Shown piece by piece: positions 46,144 to 56,142 of a stretch of 64,000 bases of DNA (the stretch's first letter is position 1; each line of letters starts with the position of its first letter). This DNA comes from an uncultured virus (IMG/VR IMGVR_UViG_3300042891_001375) (taxonomy: Duplodnaviria; Heunggongvirae; Uroviricota; Caudoviricetes). A program made the position numbers and the translations under genes. The notes below the pieces were generated by a model. That model was not told where the DNA came from. It made no database searches and saw nothing but the letters and a program-made list of their open reading frames with translations. The DNA is taken from IMG/VR virus record IMGVR_UViG_3300042891_001375. The stretch is one strand, 5' to 3'.

Positions 46144-47332
46144 AGAATCTACCAAACTCACTGAAGTTGAGTTAAATAAGTCACTGGAACTCCTCAAGGA
46201 AATATCAAGTGACAAATCAGAACAAAAACTCGAGTGGCTTCTTGACACTACAGAAAAGTTTTGTCAAGAAAAAGCAGTCTATAATGCTATCATGGACAGC
46301 ATTCAGATACTCGATGGCAAAGATACAGCGAGGGGCAAAGGAAGCATTCCTACTCTTTTGTCTGATGCTCTGGGGGTTAGTTTCGATCCTCATATTGGTC
46401 ACGACTTTTTGGATAATTACGCTGATCGGTATGATTTCTATCATCGCATCGAGAAACGAATCCCCTTCGATCTTGAGTATTTCAACAAGATCACTAAAGG
46501 AGGATTGCCGCAAAAGACCCTTAACATTGCTCTTGCAGGTACTGGCGTCGGCAAGTCTCTGTTTATGTGCCATGTGGCTGCTAGTTGTTTGGTTCAGAAC
46601 TACAATGTTCTATACATTACTCTAGAAATGGCTGAAGAGAAAATCGCTGAACGTATTGATGCGAATCTTCTCAACGTCTCTCTTGACGATCTCATGAACA
46701 TGCCGAAAGACATGTATGAGAAACGTATGAGTAAAATCAAGACTTCTGTCAAGGGCAAGTTGATCATCAAGGAATATCCAACTGCGTCTGCGAATCCTGC
46801 TCACTTCCGTGCATTGATTAACGATCTGGCTCTGAAAAAGAACTTCCGTCCAGATATTATTTTTGTTGACTATCTAAATATTTGTGCGTCGGCTCGAATC
46901 AAGGCAGGTGCGAATGTCAACTCATATACCTATATCAAAGCAATTGCTGAGGAACTTCGTGGCTTGGCGGTGGAGAATAATGTACCGATCGTTTCGGCTA
47001 CTCAGACGACTCGATCTGGCTTTAGCAACTCGGATCCTGGACTAGAAGATACTTCAGAATCATTTGGTTTGCCAGCAACCGCTGACTTCATGTTCGCTCT
47101 TGTTAGTACTGAAGAGCTGCAACAGTTAAATCAGATTCTCGTGAAGCAGTTGAAGAATCGTTATAATGATCCGAATCTTCATAAGAGATTCACGGTTGGT
47201 ATTGATCGCGCAAAGATGAAACTTTATGATCTTGAGCAGAAAGCCCAAGATGCTGTGATGAAAGAAAACGAATCAAAGCCTGTCTTTGATCGTGGTCGAA
47301 GCACCGATAAGTTTAAGAATCTGAAGGTGTAA
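45956..47332 (+). CDS. 41: replicative DnaB-like helicase gp41
   Basis: LAGTGVGKS, ITLEMAEE, VDYLNI, ATQTTR, KQLKNRY. Confidence 0.97.
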   Translation: MKTETLILSNLMRNESFMRKTLPFLKKEYLSESHERKLFEEIKEFVLKYNSLPPTAAVEISLKESTKLTEVELNKSLELLKEISSDKSEQKLEWLLDTTEKFCQEKAVYNAIMDSIQILDGKDTARGKGSIPTLLSDALGVSFDPHIGHDFLDNYADRYDFYHRIEKRIPFDLEYFNKITKGGLPQKTLNIALAGTGVGKSLFMCHVAASCLVQNYNVLYITLEMAEEKIAERIDANLLNVSLDDLMNMPKDMYEKRMSKIKTSVKGKLIIKEYPTASANPAHFRALINDLALKKNFRPDIIFVDYLNICASARIKAGANVNSYTYIKAIAEELRGLAVENNVPIVSATQTTRSGFSNSDPGLEDTSESFGLPATADFMFALVSTEELQQLNQILVKQLKNRYNDPNLHKRFTVGIDRAKMKLYDLEQKAQDAVMKENESKPVFDRGRSTDKFKNLKV

Positions 47333-47982
47333 TGCAACTCAAGAAGATCGAAAAGAAGGTCTATGCTCTCGCCGAAAAATGGGTCGGAGAGAAGCATATT
47401 CCTTCTATCATTCGTCAACTGAATAAAGCATTCAAGCCATATATTGTTTGCTTTTCATCAGAAAGATTTGAGGGCGAATATTACCCTGATCATAATGTGA
47501 TCGTAAATGGTCATTATTGCCTACGAATTTCGGATATAGTTCCAGAGCACATCTATATTTGTCTAAATTTTCCAGATGATTCTAAGAAAGTAATTATTAC
47601 AGAAAAAGGTGCTCATAATCTTGCTGTAAAGATCATCCGAGCAATTCATCACGAGTATCGACACAAGCATCAGCAGAAACAACGTCCATTGCTTTTACAG
47701 AAAGAATATAAGCCGAAGCCGAAACAGAACAAAATGAAGGCGATGTATTATGGGAATCCTGATGAACTGGATGCTCATGCATACGAAACCCAAGCGGAGA
47801 AATTAGATATAAATAAACTGAGGAAAGCGCATAAGATTGGCTGGAAAGAATGTGAAGCCATCTTTATGTATCGTCTGCATTTCCGCAGACAAGATCCTAA
47901 AGTTTGGAAAAGATTTCTAAAAAAGGTTTATAAATCTAATGAAAAAATTCAGAGAATACCTGAAGGAACAAGAAACCCATAG
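47332..47982 (+). CDS. HEXXH-motif protein
   Basis: IHHEYRHKHQ...YYGNPDELDAHA. Confidence 0.6.
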   Translation: MQLKKIEKKVYALAEKWVGEKHIPSIIRQLNKAFKPYIVCFSSERFEGEYYPDHNVIVNGHYCLRISDIVPEHIYICLNFPDDSKKVIITEKGAHNLAVKIIRAIHHEYRHKHQQKQRPLLLQKEYKPKPKQNKMKAMYYGNPDELDAHAYETQAEKLDINKLRKAHKIGWKECEAIFMYRLHFRRQDPKVWKRFLKKVYKSNEKIQRIPEGTRNP

Positions 47983-48334
47983 CAGTATTCAAGACTTCAT
48001 GGGTTACTGCAAAAATAATTTGGGTATTGCTGAACTCCCAAGACTCGTTTTGATCAACGATCGCGGCATGGCTCGCGAGAATACCAGTTTTGGTGGGTAC
48101 TCTCCTTCTGAAAGAACTATTCATTTAAACGTTGCTGGTCGACATCTCGCAGATGTTTTGAGAACGTTGGGGCATGAATTGGTCCATCACAAACAAAACG
48201 AAGATGGAATATTGACCAATTATGCAGGTGAGACAGGAAGCGAGTTTGAGAACGAAGCAAACAGTAAAGCTGGTGTCATCATGAGAAATTATGGTAAATC
48301 AAATCCTGCAATTTATGAGGAAGTTGAATTATAA
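47939..48334 (+). CDS. HEXXH zincin-like protein with capsid-targeting-like N-terminus
   Basis: MKKFREYLKE; LGHELVHHKQ...ENEANSKAG. Confidence 0.65.
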   Translation: MKKFREYLKEQETHSSIQDFMGYCKNNLGIAELPRLVLINDRGMARENTSFGGYSPSERTIHLNVAGRHLADVLRTLGHELVHHKQNEDGILTNYAGETGSEFENEANSKAGVIMRNYGKSNPAIYEEVEL

Positions 48335-48344
48335 TTGAGGTTTT

Positions 48345-49295
48345 ATGACTGTATTTGTGACTGGTGGTTTGGGATTTATTGGTTCTAATTTTGTAATCTC
48401 TCACCTGAAAAAATATCCTGATGAGAAAATTGTCATCATTGACAATCTTTCATATGCAGCGAATGAACAAAATCTAGATGGGTATTGGGGTGACTACCAC
48501 CTTCAACGCAAACATTGCGACATTCGCAATTTTGGACATCTGGAGAGTTTGTATCATGATTACCAACCAAATCTTACTTTTCATTTCGCTGCTGAATCTC
48601 ATGTGGATAATTCCATTCGCGGCGACGATATTTTCGTGGATACAAATATTACTGGAACCCACAACGTTCTCAAGTGTATTCGCAAACACGGCGGGAAATT
48701 AGTTCACGTTTCTACTGATGAAGTCTACGGAAGTCTAACTCACGAAGATCCTCCGTTCACTGAGAACACTCCATACAATCCTCGCAATCCATATTCTGCA
48801 ACCAAAGCAGCCAGCGATCATCTTGTTCGCGCATATGTCAATACGCATAATATTGATGCAATTGTAACTAACTGCTCTAATAACTATGGTCCTCGTCAGC
48901 ATCGCGAGAAATTCATTCCAACAATTATTCGCCATATTCAAAATAATACACCAGTTCCTGTTTATGGAAATGGAATGAATATTCGTGATTGGTTGTATGT
49001 TGAAGATCACTGTGAGGCTTTACTCGCAATCAAAGAAAACTGGAAATCAGGTGAGCGTTACAATATCGGTGGTGGTGTTGAGATGACCAATCTCGATATG
49101 GTCACTTTGATTCTTGATGTTATGGGTAAGCCAGTGCATATGTATCAATCATGGATTAATTTTGTGAATGATCGTAAGGGTCATGATTTTAGATATGCCA
49201 TGGATGCGAGTAAGATTTATAAAGAACTAGGTTGGTCAGCAAAGACTAAACTTGCTGAAGGTCTAGAAAAAACATTGGAGTATTATAATGCGTAA
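48345..49295 (+). CDS. rmlB: dTDP-glucose 4,6-dehydratase
   Basis: TGGLGFIGSNF, HFAAESHVDNSI, STDEVYG, YSATKA, NCSNNYGP. Confidence 0.95.
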   Translation: MTVFVTGGLGFIGSNFVISHLKKYPDEKIVIIDNLSYAANEQNLDGYWGDYHLQRKHCDIRNFGHLESLYHDYQPNLTFHFAAESHVDNSIRGDDIFVDTNITGTHNVLKCIRKHGGKLVHVSTDEVYGSLTHEDPPFTENTPYNPRNPYSATKAASDHLVRAYVNTHNIDAIVTNCSNNYGPRQHREKFIPTIIRHIQNNTPVPVYGNGMNIRDWLYVEDHCEALLAIKENWKSGERYNIGGGVEMTNLDMVTLILDVMGKPVHMYQSWINFVNDRKGHDFRYAMDASKIYKELGWSAKTKLAEGLEKTLEYYNA

Positions 49296-50160
49296 GGGAA
49301 TTATTTTATCAGGCGGTCTCGGTACTCGCTTGTATCCATGCACAAAAGTAATTTCAAAACAATTACTGCCTGTATATGATAAGCCATTGGTCTATTATCC
49401 AATCTCAACATTGATGATGGCTGGTATTCGTGAGATTATGATCATCACTTCACCTGCTGATCGTACACCATTTGAAAATTTAATTGGTAATGGATCACAA
49501 TGGGGGTTGAATATCTCATATGCAACTCAATTAGAACCAAGAGGTATTGCTGAGTGTTTTCGTATTGCTGAAAAGTGGATTGGCAAAGATGATGTCACTC
49601 TTATTCTTGGCGATAATATTTTCTATGGTAACGAACTTATCAATCGATTCAATGCTGCTTCTTGGAACAATACTGGCTGCACTTTGTTTGCTTATCATGT
49701 TGCAGATCCAGAAAGATTTGGTGTGATTGAACTTGATCATAATGATGATCCTGTTAGAATTGTAGAGAAGCCAAAAGTTGCTCCAAGCAATTATGCAGTC
49801 ACTGGGCTTTACTTTTACGACAATAAAGTAGTAGAATATGCTTGGAGGATAACTCCTTCAGCAAGAGGCGAATTAGAAATTACTGACATCAACAATCTTT
49901 ATATGCAAGATCACAATTGCAAGATTGAATATCTGAATCGTGGTATTGCTTGGATTGATACTGGCACGTTTGAATCTCTTTCAGAGGCATCTGTATTCGT
50001 TGGTTCTGTTCAACGTAGAACAGGAATGATGATTGCATGCCCTGAAGAAATTGCATATCGTAATGCATGGATTACAGAAAATGAAATTCGTCGGGCTGCA
50101 GAGAAATATAGTAAGTCTGATTATGGTAGATATCTTGGACAAATTTTGAGGACGAAATAA
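49288..50160 (+). CDS. rmlA: glucose-1-phosphate thymidylyltransferase
   Basis: GIILSGG.GTRLYP, SKQLLPVYDKP, LGDNIFYG, SARGELEITD, WIDTGT. Confidence 0.96.
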   Translation: MRKGIILSGGLGTRLYPCTKVISKQLLPVYDKPLVYYPISTLMMAGIREIMIITSPADRTPFENLIGNGSQWGLNISYATQLEPRGIAECFRIAEKWIGKDDVTLILGDNIFYGNELINRFNAASWNNTGCTLFAYHVADPERFGVIELDHNDDPVRIVEKPKVAPSNYAVTGLYFYDNKVVEYAWRITPSARGELEITDINNLYMQDHNCKIEYLNRGIAWIDTGTFESLSEASVFVGSVQRRTGMMIACPEEIAYRNAWITENEIRRAAEKYSKSDYGRYLGQILRTK

Positions 50161-51455
50161 TGAGTGACGTGAAGCAAATGATTGAAGAATTGGTTGCCGC
50201 TGTTGGTACGCCGAAGTATGCATACAATTGCAAACAATTTAATTCTGAGAAAGACACTGTATTCTATTCTGGTCCATATTGGGATGAGAAGGAAGTTATC
50301 GCTGGCGTCACTGCATTCTTAACAGGCAAGTGGCTAGTCTCTGGTGAAAACGTTGCCAAGTTTCAATGGGCGTTTGGACATAAGTTCAATGTCAAGCATT
50401 GTCACATGGTCAACTCTGGATCATCAGCCAATCTTACCATGGTTGCTGCTCTCAAGAAACGTCTTGGTTGGAAAGATGGCGATCAAGTTATCGTATCACC
50501 TGTTGGCTTCCCAACTACGATTGCTCCGTTGGTACAAAACGGATTGACGCCTGTGTTCGTTGATATTGAAATGGATACACTCAACTTTAATCTTGATCAT
50601 GTTGAGAAGTGGATCACTGACAAGACAGTTGCCGTTTTCGTTTCACCTGTTCTCGGTAATCCACCTGATATGGATCGTATTGCTCGCATTTGTGCTGAGA
50701 ATGACATTTATCTCATTGGTGATAATTGTGATTCTCTTGGCACAAAGTGGAATGACAGATTGTTGACTGACTATTATTATTCATGGACCACTTCTTTTTA
50801 TCCAGCGCATCACATGTCGACTGGTGAAGGTGGTATGGTGTGCTCAAATGACGAAGAACTTATTAATACAGCGCGTTCAATTAGTTGGTGGGGTCGTGAT
50901 TGCCGTTGTGTCGGTGCTGCTAATCTATTGGCTTGTGGCACATGCGGTAATCGCTTTGACAAGTGGCTTGAAGGCTATAATGGGATAATTGATCACAAGT
51001 ATCTTTTCTCAAACATGGGATACAATCTCAAGCCATTGGATCTTCAAGGTGCCATCGGCATTGAGCAATTGAAGAAGATTGATGAAATTGATGTTAAGCG
51101 TCGACTAAACTTCGAGCGCATTAAGAGCATCTTTTATCGTCACGTTCCTGGTGTTCGTGTTGCTTCTGCGTTGCCAAAGGCAGACCCTTCTTGGTTTGGT
51201 GTTCCGCTCATTACAGATACACCTGAACTCAAGGAAAAACTTCAGGCATTCTGTGAAACAAATCGTATTCAAACTCGCAATTACTTTGCTGGAAATATTC
51301 TGTTGCATCCTGGCTATAAACATCTTGACGATGCCGCGAAGTATCCAAATGCAAACAAGGCATTGAGCAACGTATTCTTCGTTGGTTGTCCACCGCATTA
51401 CGGTGAAGATGTATTTGCTTACTATGAGAGTGTAATGTCCAAATGGCATTCGTAA
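50160..51455 (+). CDS. NDP-4-keto-6-deoxyglucose 3-dehydrase (RfbH/DdhC/AscC E1-type)
   Basis: NSGSSAN, SFYPAHHMSTGEGG (His in place of the PLP Lys), WGRDC.C...CGTCGNRF Cys cluster. Confidence 0.85.
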   Translation: MSDVKQMIEELVAAVGTPKYAYNCKQFNSEKDTVFYSGPYWDEKEVIAGVTAFLTGKWLVSGENVAKFQWAFGHKFNVKHCHMVNSGSSANLTMVAALKKRLGWKDGDQVIVSPVGFPTTIAPLVQNGLTPVFVDIEMDTLNFNLDHVEKWITDKTVAVFVSPVLGNPPDMDRIARICAENDIYLIGDNCDSLGTKWNDRLLTDYYYSWTTSFYPAHHMSTGEGGMVCSNDEELINTARSISWWGRDCRCVGAANLLACGTCGNRFDKWLEGYNGIIDHKYLFSNMGYNLKPLDLQGAIGIEQLKKIDEIDVKRRLNFERIKSIFYRHVPGVRVASALPKADPSWFGVPLITDTPELKEKLQAFCETNRIQTRNYFAGNILLHPGYKHLDDAAKYPNANKALSNVFFVGCPPHYGEDVFAYYESVMSKWHS

Positions 51456-52327
51456 ATGTTTTCGGAGGACATGGGTTTGTCGGAAGCGAGTATTGCCGAG
51501 CCTCGAAAGACGGTCTCATCAAAAATCATAGAAACAATTACGAAGTATCAAGTGCAAATTGTGTTTACTTTATTAGTACCGTTGACAACTATAATGTACA
51601 TTTCGATAATCAACTGGATATTAATACTAATCTCGTTGTTTTAATGCAGGTTCTGAATAGTTATCGAAAATATATTCAGAGAACTGGTGAGAAGGGCACT
51701 TTTAATTTTATCAGTTCTTGGTTTGTATATGGTCAAGACTCTGGGTTCGGTGTTGGCTCTCGCGGAATTCCAGAAACTGATCCATGTGAACCGAAGGGAT
51801 TCTACTCAATCACCAAACGATGCGCTGAGCAACTTCTCATATCATATTGTGAAACGTTTGATTTAAATTATCGGATATTGAGGTTAGCAAATGTATTGGG
51901 AAAACACGATAAAAAAGTATCTGCAAAGAAAAACGCACTTCAATACCTCTTGGGGGAAATTGCTAAAAACAAACCAGTGGACCTTTACGACTCTGGTTAT
52001 TTTTATCGCGATTATGTTGACGTTAGGGATTGCGCTCGTGCTATCGATCTTTGCGTTAGACTTGGGGAACAAAATAGCATTTATAATATCGGGAACGGTA
52101 AGGGGATAATCTTCCGCGATATTCTCCGATATGCTCGAGATGCGATGGACTCTGCATCAGTGTTTAATACTATCGAGCAAAAAGAGTTTCATAAGAAAGT
52201 TCAATCCTCTCGCTCTTTCTTTATGGATAATACCAAGTTGGTGGCGCTTGGATATAGACCAGAACACTCTATTAACGAAACAATCGACGATCTAATTCAA
52301 GGAATATTAACTGATAAAAATAACTAA
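51443..52327 (+). CDS. NAD-dependent epimerase/reductase
   Basis: GGHGFVG, YSITK, LRLANV, RDYVDV. Confidence 0.82.
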   Translation: MAFVNVFGGHGFVGSEYCRASKDGLIKNHRNNYEVSSANCVYFISTVDNYNVHFDNQLDINTNLVVLMQVLNSYRKYIQRTGEKGTFNFISSWFVYGQDSGFGVGSRGIPETDPCEPKGFYSITKRCAEQLLISYCETFDLNYRILRLANVLGKHDKKVSAKKNALQYLLGEIAKNKPVDLYDSGYFYRDYVDVRDCARAIDLCVRLGEQNSIYNIGNGKGIIFRDILRYARDAMDSASVFNTIEQKEFHKKVQSSRSFFMDNTKLVALGYRPEHSINETIDDLIQGILTDKNN

Positions 52328-52362
52328 ATAGAGTATAAATCTCCCATAGAGTGGAAGGAATT

Positions 52363-53697
52363 ATGCTTGGATTTAGTCAATATCTCACTGAAGCCGCCAA
52401 ATTCGAAACAGAAGATATTAATGGTGGACACGTTGACCATGTAGAAGATTTCTTTATCACACATGGGAAAGAAGGTTTAGATCTATCTCTTAATTTTCTA
52501 GATAATGTTCACAAATATCTAAAGGGTGAACCATCAGCCGCCAGTGTCTCTGTAAAGCACGACGGTGCTCCAGCCATGGTATTCGGTCGACTCCCAAACA
52601 AGAATGCCAAGTATACAGGCTATGCTCCTGGGCAATTCTTCGTTGCAACTAAATCCGCTTTCAATAAGACGACACAAAAGCTCGTCACATCTCCAGAGGA
52701 CGTAGAGAAGCATTTCGGTGATCGTCCAGAACTTGCTTCTAAAATGCTCGCTGCATTAGAACATCTCCCTAAAGTCACGCCAATGAAGGGTATCTATCAA
52801 GGTGACTTCATGCATACACCTGATATGGTTACTCAAGAGGGAGATGAAGAGACTGGAGTTACATATTCTCTTAATCCACAACTAATCAACTATTCTGCTC
52901 CTGCAAACTCAAAGCTCGGACAGAAAATCGCTCAATCTAAATTTGGTATCGTTGTTCATACTGCATACCCAAATGCAAAATGGAAACCAAATGCTAAGAC
53001 TGGCGAAATGATGTTGAATTTCCCAAAAAGACAATTCAATGTCCCATTAAGATCATTCGGTGCACATCCAGACGTCCATGTGATTGACCCAAGAGCATTG
53101 CGACCAAATCCAGAAAATCATGTATCTGACGCTCAAGCTGCATATGATCGTGCTGTTAAAAATGTCAAGATTATGTCAGAGAAACATGATTTCGATCATG
53201 TAATTCCTCACGGCGATCATTACTCAACGTATGTTAATGAAACTGTTCGCACTGGCGCACCATTAACATTCGAAGGATTCACTGAGCACGTTAATAATAA
53301 ATTCGAGAAGAAAATTCAGAATCCAAAGAACGCAAAGAAAGCACAAAGCATCGCTCAGAAAAGAGATGAGACATTGAATGATTTAAGTATGAATTCTGTT
53401 AAGTGGCGTCAAACAATGCGCATTCACGACGCACTCAGTGAAGCCAAACACGCTCTATTGCCAGGTCTTGATACAAATGCTCAAGACAATCCAAATTTAA
53501 TGCAAGGTTCAATCAGTGATCCAGATACAGGTGAGATTGTGAATTCACAAGAAGGTCATGTTATCGTGATGAGAAATCCTCAAACAGGAAATGATGTTCC
53601 AACAAAGTTTATTGATCGCCCAACCTTCAGTCGTTTAAACTTTAGTCGTGCACGCTTTGCTCGTAATGCTGCAGCAGAACAAGAGACAGAACAATGA
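52363..53697 (+). CDS. putative internal head protein (conserved T4-like hypothetical)
   Basis: After CTAAATA; MLGFSQYLTEA start; H.EDF, KHDGAPAMVFG, FFVATKS, QGDFM, KFIDR..FS..NF. Confidence 0.65.
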   Translation: MLGFSQYLTEAAKFETEDINGGHVDHVEDFFITHGKEGLDLSLNFLDNVHKYLKGEPSAASVSVKHDGAPAMVFGRLPNKNAKYTGYAPGQFFVATKSAFNKTTQKLVTSPEDVEKHFGDRPELASKMLAALEHLPKVTPMKGIYQGDFMHTPDMVTQEGDEETGVTYSLNPQLINYSAPANSKLGQKIAQSKFGIVVHTAYPNAKWKPNAKTGEMMLNFPKRQFNVPLRSFGAHPDVHVIDPRALRPNPENHVSDAQAAYDRAVKNVKIMSEKHDFDHVIPHGDHYSTYVNETVRTGAPLTFEGFTEHVNNKFEKKIQNPKNAKKAQSIAQKRDETLNDLSMNSVKWRQTMRIHDALSEAKHALLPGLDTNAQDNPNLMQGSISDPDTGEIVNSQEGHVIVMRNPQTGNDVPTKFIDRPTFSRLNFSRARFARNAAAEQETEQ

Positions 53698-54530
53698 GAA
53701 CATCATCATGGGAAAAAGATAAAGACATCATTGCAGGAACAGAAAGTTTCGATGATGATTTCGGCAGTGCATACGACAGAGTAGCCTACGATGTGCCAAA
53801 TAGAGGCAATGCTGCTGGAATTAAGTTGCCAAAACGTGCATCAGAAATGACGATTGGTGAACTTGAAGATTTCTATGGCACTGCAAACAATCCAACAGAA
53901 GCACGATTACGTTCACAAGCATATGGTACAAAACGATTTGGCTCTGATAGTCCACAAGGAAAATATGGAAGTTCAGGCACAGGTAAATATCAGTTTGAAG
54001 TGACTACACTTTCTCAGACTGCAAAAGATCTTTATGGCGATAACTATAGAAATGTAGTTTATAGTCCTGACGAACAAGAAAAGTTAGCAAAACATTTGTA
54101 TACAAAAAAGGCTGCAGAAGGTCCAAAGGCTCTTGGCAATACCTGGTTTGCAATGAAAAATAAAACAGCAGCTGGTCCAAGCGCTGATGCATATGATTCT
54201 CCATCTTCATCTATAGCAGCTCCTGTTGTTGCAGCGGCTGCGCCAGTTGCTGCCTTTGCATCTTTTAAAAATAAAGATAAAGATGAAAAAGAAGAAGACG
54301 ATTCATTATATGCCAATAGAGATGAAGAACCAGTTGGAACATTAAAACATATTGAAACATGGTTTAATCCAGAGTCTCGGCTCAAAAATATGCAAGCACT
54401 TTTAAATAAAGAAGTTGTTTTAAAAAGAAAAACAGAAAGACCTAAGACTGCTATTCGTTTTAAAGCATTTCGAAAAGCAATTCAAGAACAAATTATTATG
54501 AATGAATCTCTAGAAAAAGAGGACAAATAG
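53694..54530 (+). CDS. lambda-lysozyme/GH104-like muramidase domain with acidic tail
   Basis: IIAGTES (putative catalytic E), SEMTIGEL, TGKYQF..TTL, YSPDEQEKLA, LGNTW. Confidence 0.65.
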   Translation: MRTSSWEKDKDIIAGTESFDDDFGSAYDRVAYDVPNRGNAAGIKLPKRASEMTIGELEDFYGTANNPTEARLRSQAYGTKRFGSDSPQGKYGSSGTGKYQFEVTTLSQTAKDLYGDNYRNVVYSPDEQEKLAKHLYTKKAAEGPKALGNTWFAMKNKTAAGPSADAYDSPSSSIAAPVVAAAAPVAAFASFKNKDKDEKEEDDSLYANRDEEPVGTLKHIETWFNPESRLKNMQALLNKEVVLKRKTERPKTAIRFKAFRKAIQEQIIMNESLEKEDK

Positions 54531-54534
54531 TATT

Positions 54535-56142
54535 ATGAGTGAGAAAGAAGTAAAATCTCATGCAATGTTGGTTGGTGGATTCTCACCATTCACCAAAGGA
54601 CATGACGAAAACGTAAATCAGATGAAGTCTGGTGAGCACACCAGCGTTAATGTCTTCACAACGCAGTCTGCTCGTCGTCCAATCTCAGCAGAAAAGAAAG
54701 TTGAGTACATTAAAACTGCCGTTGGATCAGATGTAAACGTAGACACAACAATCACTCCATTACATGCTGCATCTCAAGTTTATTCCTCTGGTAAAAGAGG
54801 AAAGTTAGTTATTTACGGTGGATCTGATCGTTCATCTATTGCAGATCGTATCCGTGATTATAACAACAAAGAAGGTAAACACGGATTCTATAAATTCGAT
54901 GATATCGAATTCAAACAAGTTGGTGGCGAAAGAAAGCAAGGAGCAAAAGGGCTTTCTGGTATTTCTGGAACAGCAGCACGTAATGCAAAGAATCCTCGTG
55001 AACTCAAGAAGTTCCTCCCAAAAGCATTACATCCACATGCCGAAGATATCTTTAAAGAACTAAAAGAAGAAGTATGTCCAATAGCATTCTTCCTCATTGG
55101 TGGTCCAGGAAGTGGAAAGGATTTTGTTCTCAAGAATACTTTTGCCAAGTATGATTTGATGGAAGTTCAGATTGATCAGGTTCTAAATGGAGCTGCAAAT
55201 CAGTTGTTCGAAGAAAAGAAAAATCTTGTCATCAATGGTCCTATTGATCAAGGCAAGATTGAAGAAATTAAATCATTACATGAAGATTATAATTTCGATA
55301 CAATTTACGTTTCAGTAACGAATAAAGTTAGCCGTCAGCGTAATGAGCAAAGAGAAAATCCACTTAATGAATCAAAAAGAATTCAAAAGTTCTTGAGCAC
55401 TGAAAAACTTGTAGAATCTCTTGATGATGTATTTGTATTTAATAATTCGATGAATATCAATGCTGCAAGTGCATTTGAAAAATTAATTTTTGAAGATCAA
55501 ACAGTTAAACTTGAACAGCGCATTCAAACTCATGGTATTGATCCAGTTGAAACACCAGAACTAAGATCATTCACTGTTCTAGCAGAAAGATTTAAGAAGC
55601 GTGTTGCAAGAGACAAAGAATCTGGATTACCAAAGAAATACGTTGCTGGATTAAGTTCATCAACAGCAAAGGCGCGTGCTGCACATTGGAAAGAAAAAGA
55701 AAAGTATTCTGATCGTGATCCACGAGCATATGAGCCAGCTCCAGGAGACGAAACAGCAAAAACGAAACCAAGCAAACATACATTGGCAATTCGAAAAGCA
55801 ATGGATGAGGGTATTGATTTTGATAAGCCAATTCCAGCGAAAGTTGATCCAAGAAGAAATCGTGTTGCTCGCACTGGCAATATTACAGCAGTCATGCAGA
55901 AAAGAAGTATGTTAAAGAAAATTCGCATGATGTCAGAAACGAAAGAGTATAATCTAAAGCAATTAATCGATACAACAAAATCTATTACAAATCAATTATC
56001 GATTCCTGCTAACAGATTGAGCAATTTAACTGAAGGAAGTGCAACATATATGGATAATAATGTTTTGTGGGAAGCAGTAAAACATCCATCATCACAACGC
56101 TGGTATCTAACTGGTAATTACGCAGAGAATAACGATGAGTGA
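54535..56142 (+). CDS. multidomain protein: HIGH-type nucleotidyltransferase, P-loop kinase and basic domain
   Basis: GGFSPFTKGH, GGSDR, ISGTAAR; FLIGGPGSGKD; GLPKKYVAGLS. Confidence 0.7.
   Translation: MSEKEVKSHAMLVGGFSPFTKGHDENVNQMKSGEHTSVNVFTTQSARRPISAEKKVEYIKTAVGSDVNVDTTITPLHAASQVYSSGKRGKLVIYGGSDRSSIADRIRDYNNKEGKHGFYKFDDIEFKQVGGERKQGAKGLSGISGTAARNAKNPRELKKFLPKALHPHAEDIFKELKEEVCPIAFFLIGGPGSGKDFVLKNTFAKYDLMEVQIDQVLNGAANQLFEEKKNLVINGPIDQGKIEEIKSLHEDYNFDTIYVSVTNKVSRQRNEQRENPLNESKRIQKFLSTEKLVESLDDVFVFNNSMNINAASAFEKLIFEDQTVKLEQRIQTHGIDPVETPELRSFTVLAERFKKRVARDKESGLPKKYVAGLSSSTAKARAAHWKEKEKYSDRDPRAYEPAPGDETAKTKPSKHTLAIRKAMDEGIDFDKPIPAKVDPRRNRVARTGNITAVMQKRSMLKKIRMMSETKEYNLKQLIDTTKSITNQLSIPANRLSNLTEGSATYMDNNVLWEAVKHPSSQRWYLTGNYAENNDE

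Noticed and set aside
42004..47332. Introns or inteins in gp43, uvsX or gp41
   Set aside because: ORFs are continuous and of normal length, with no intein or homing-endonuclease motifs
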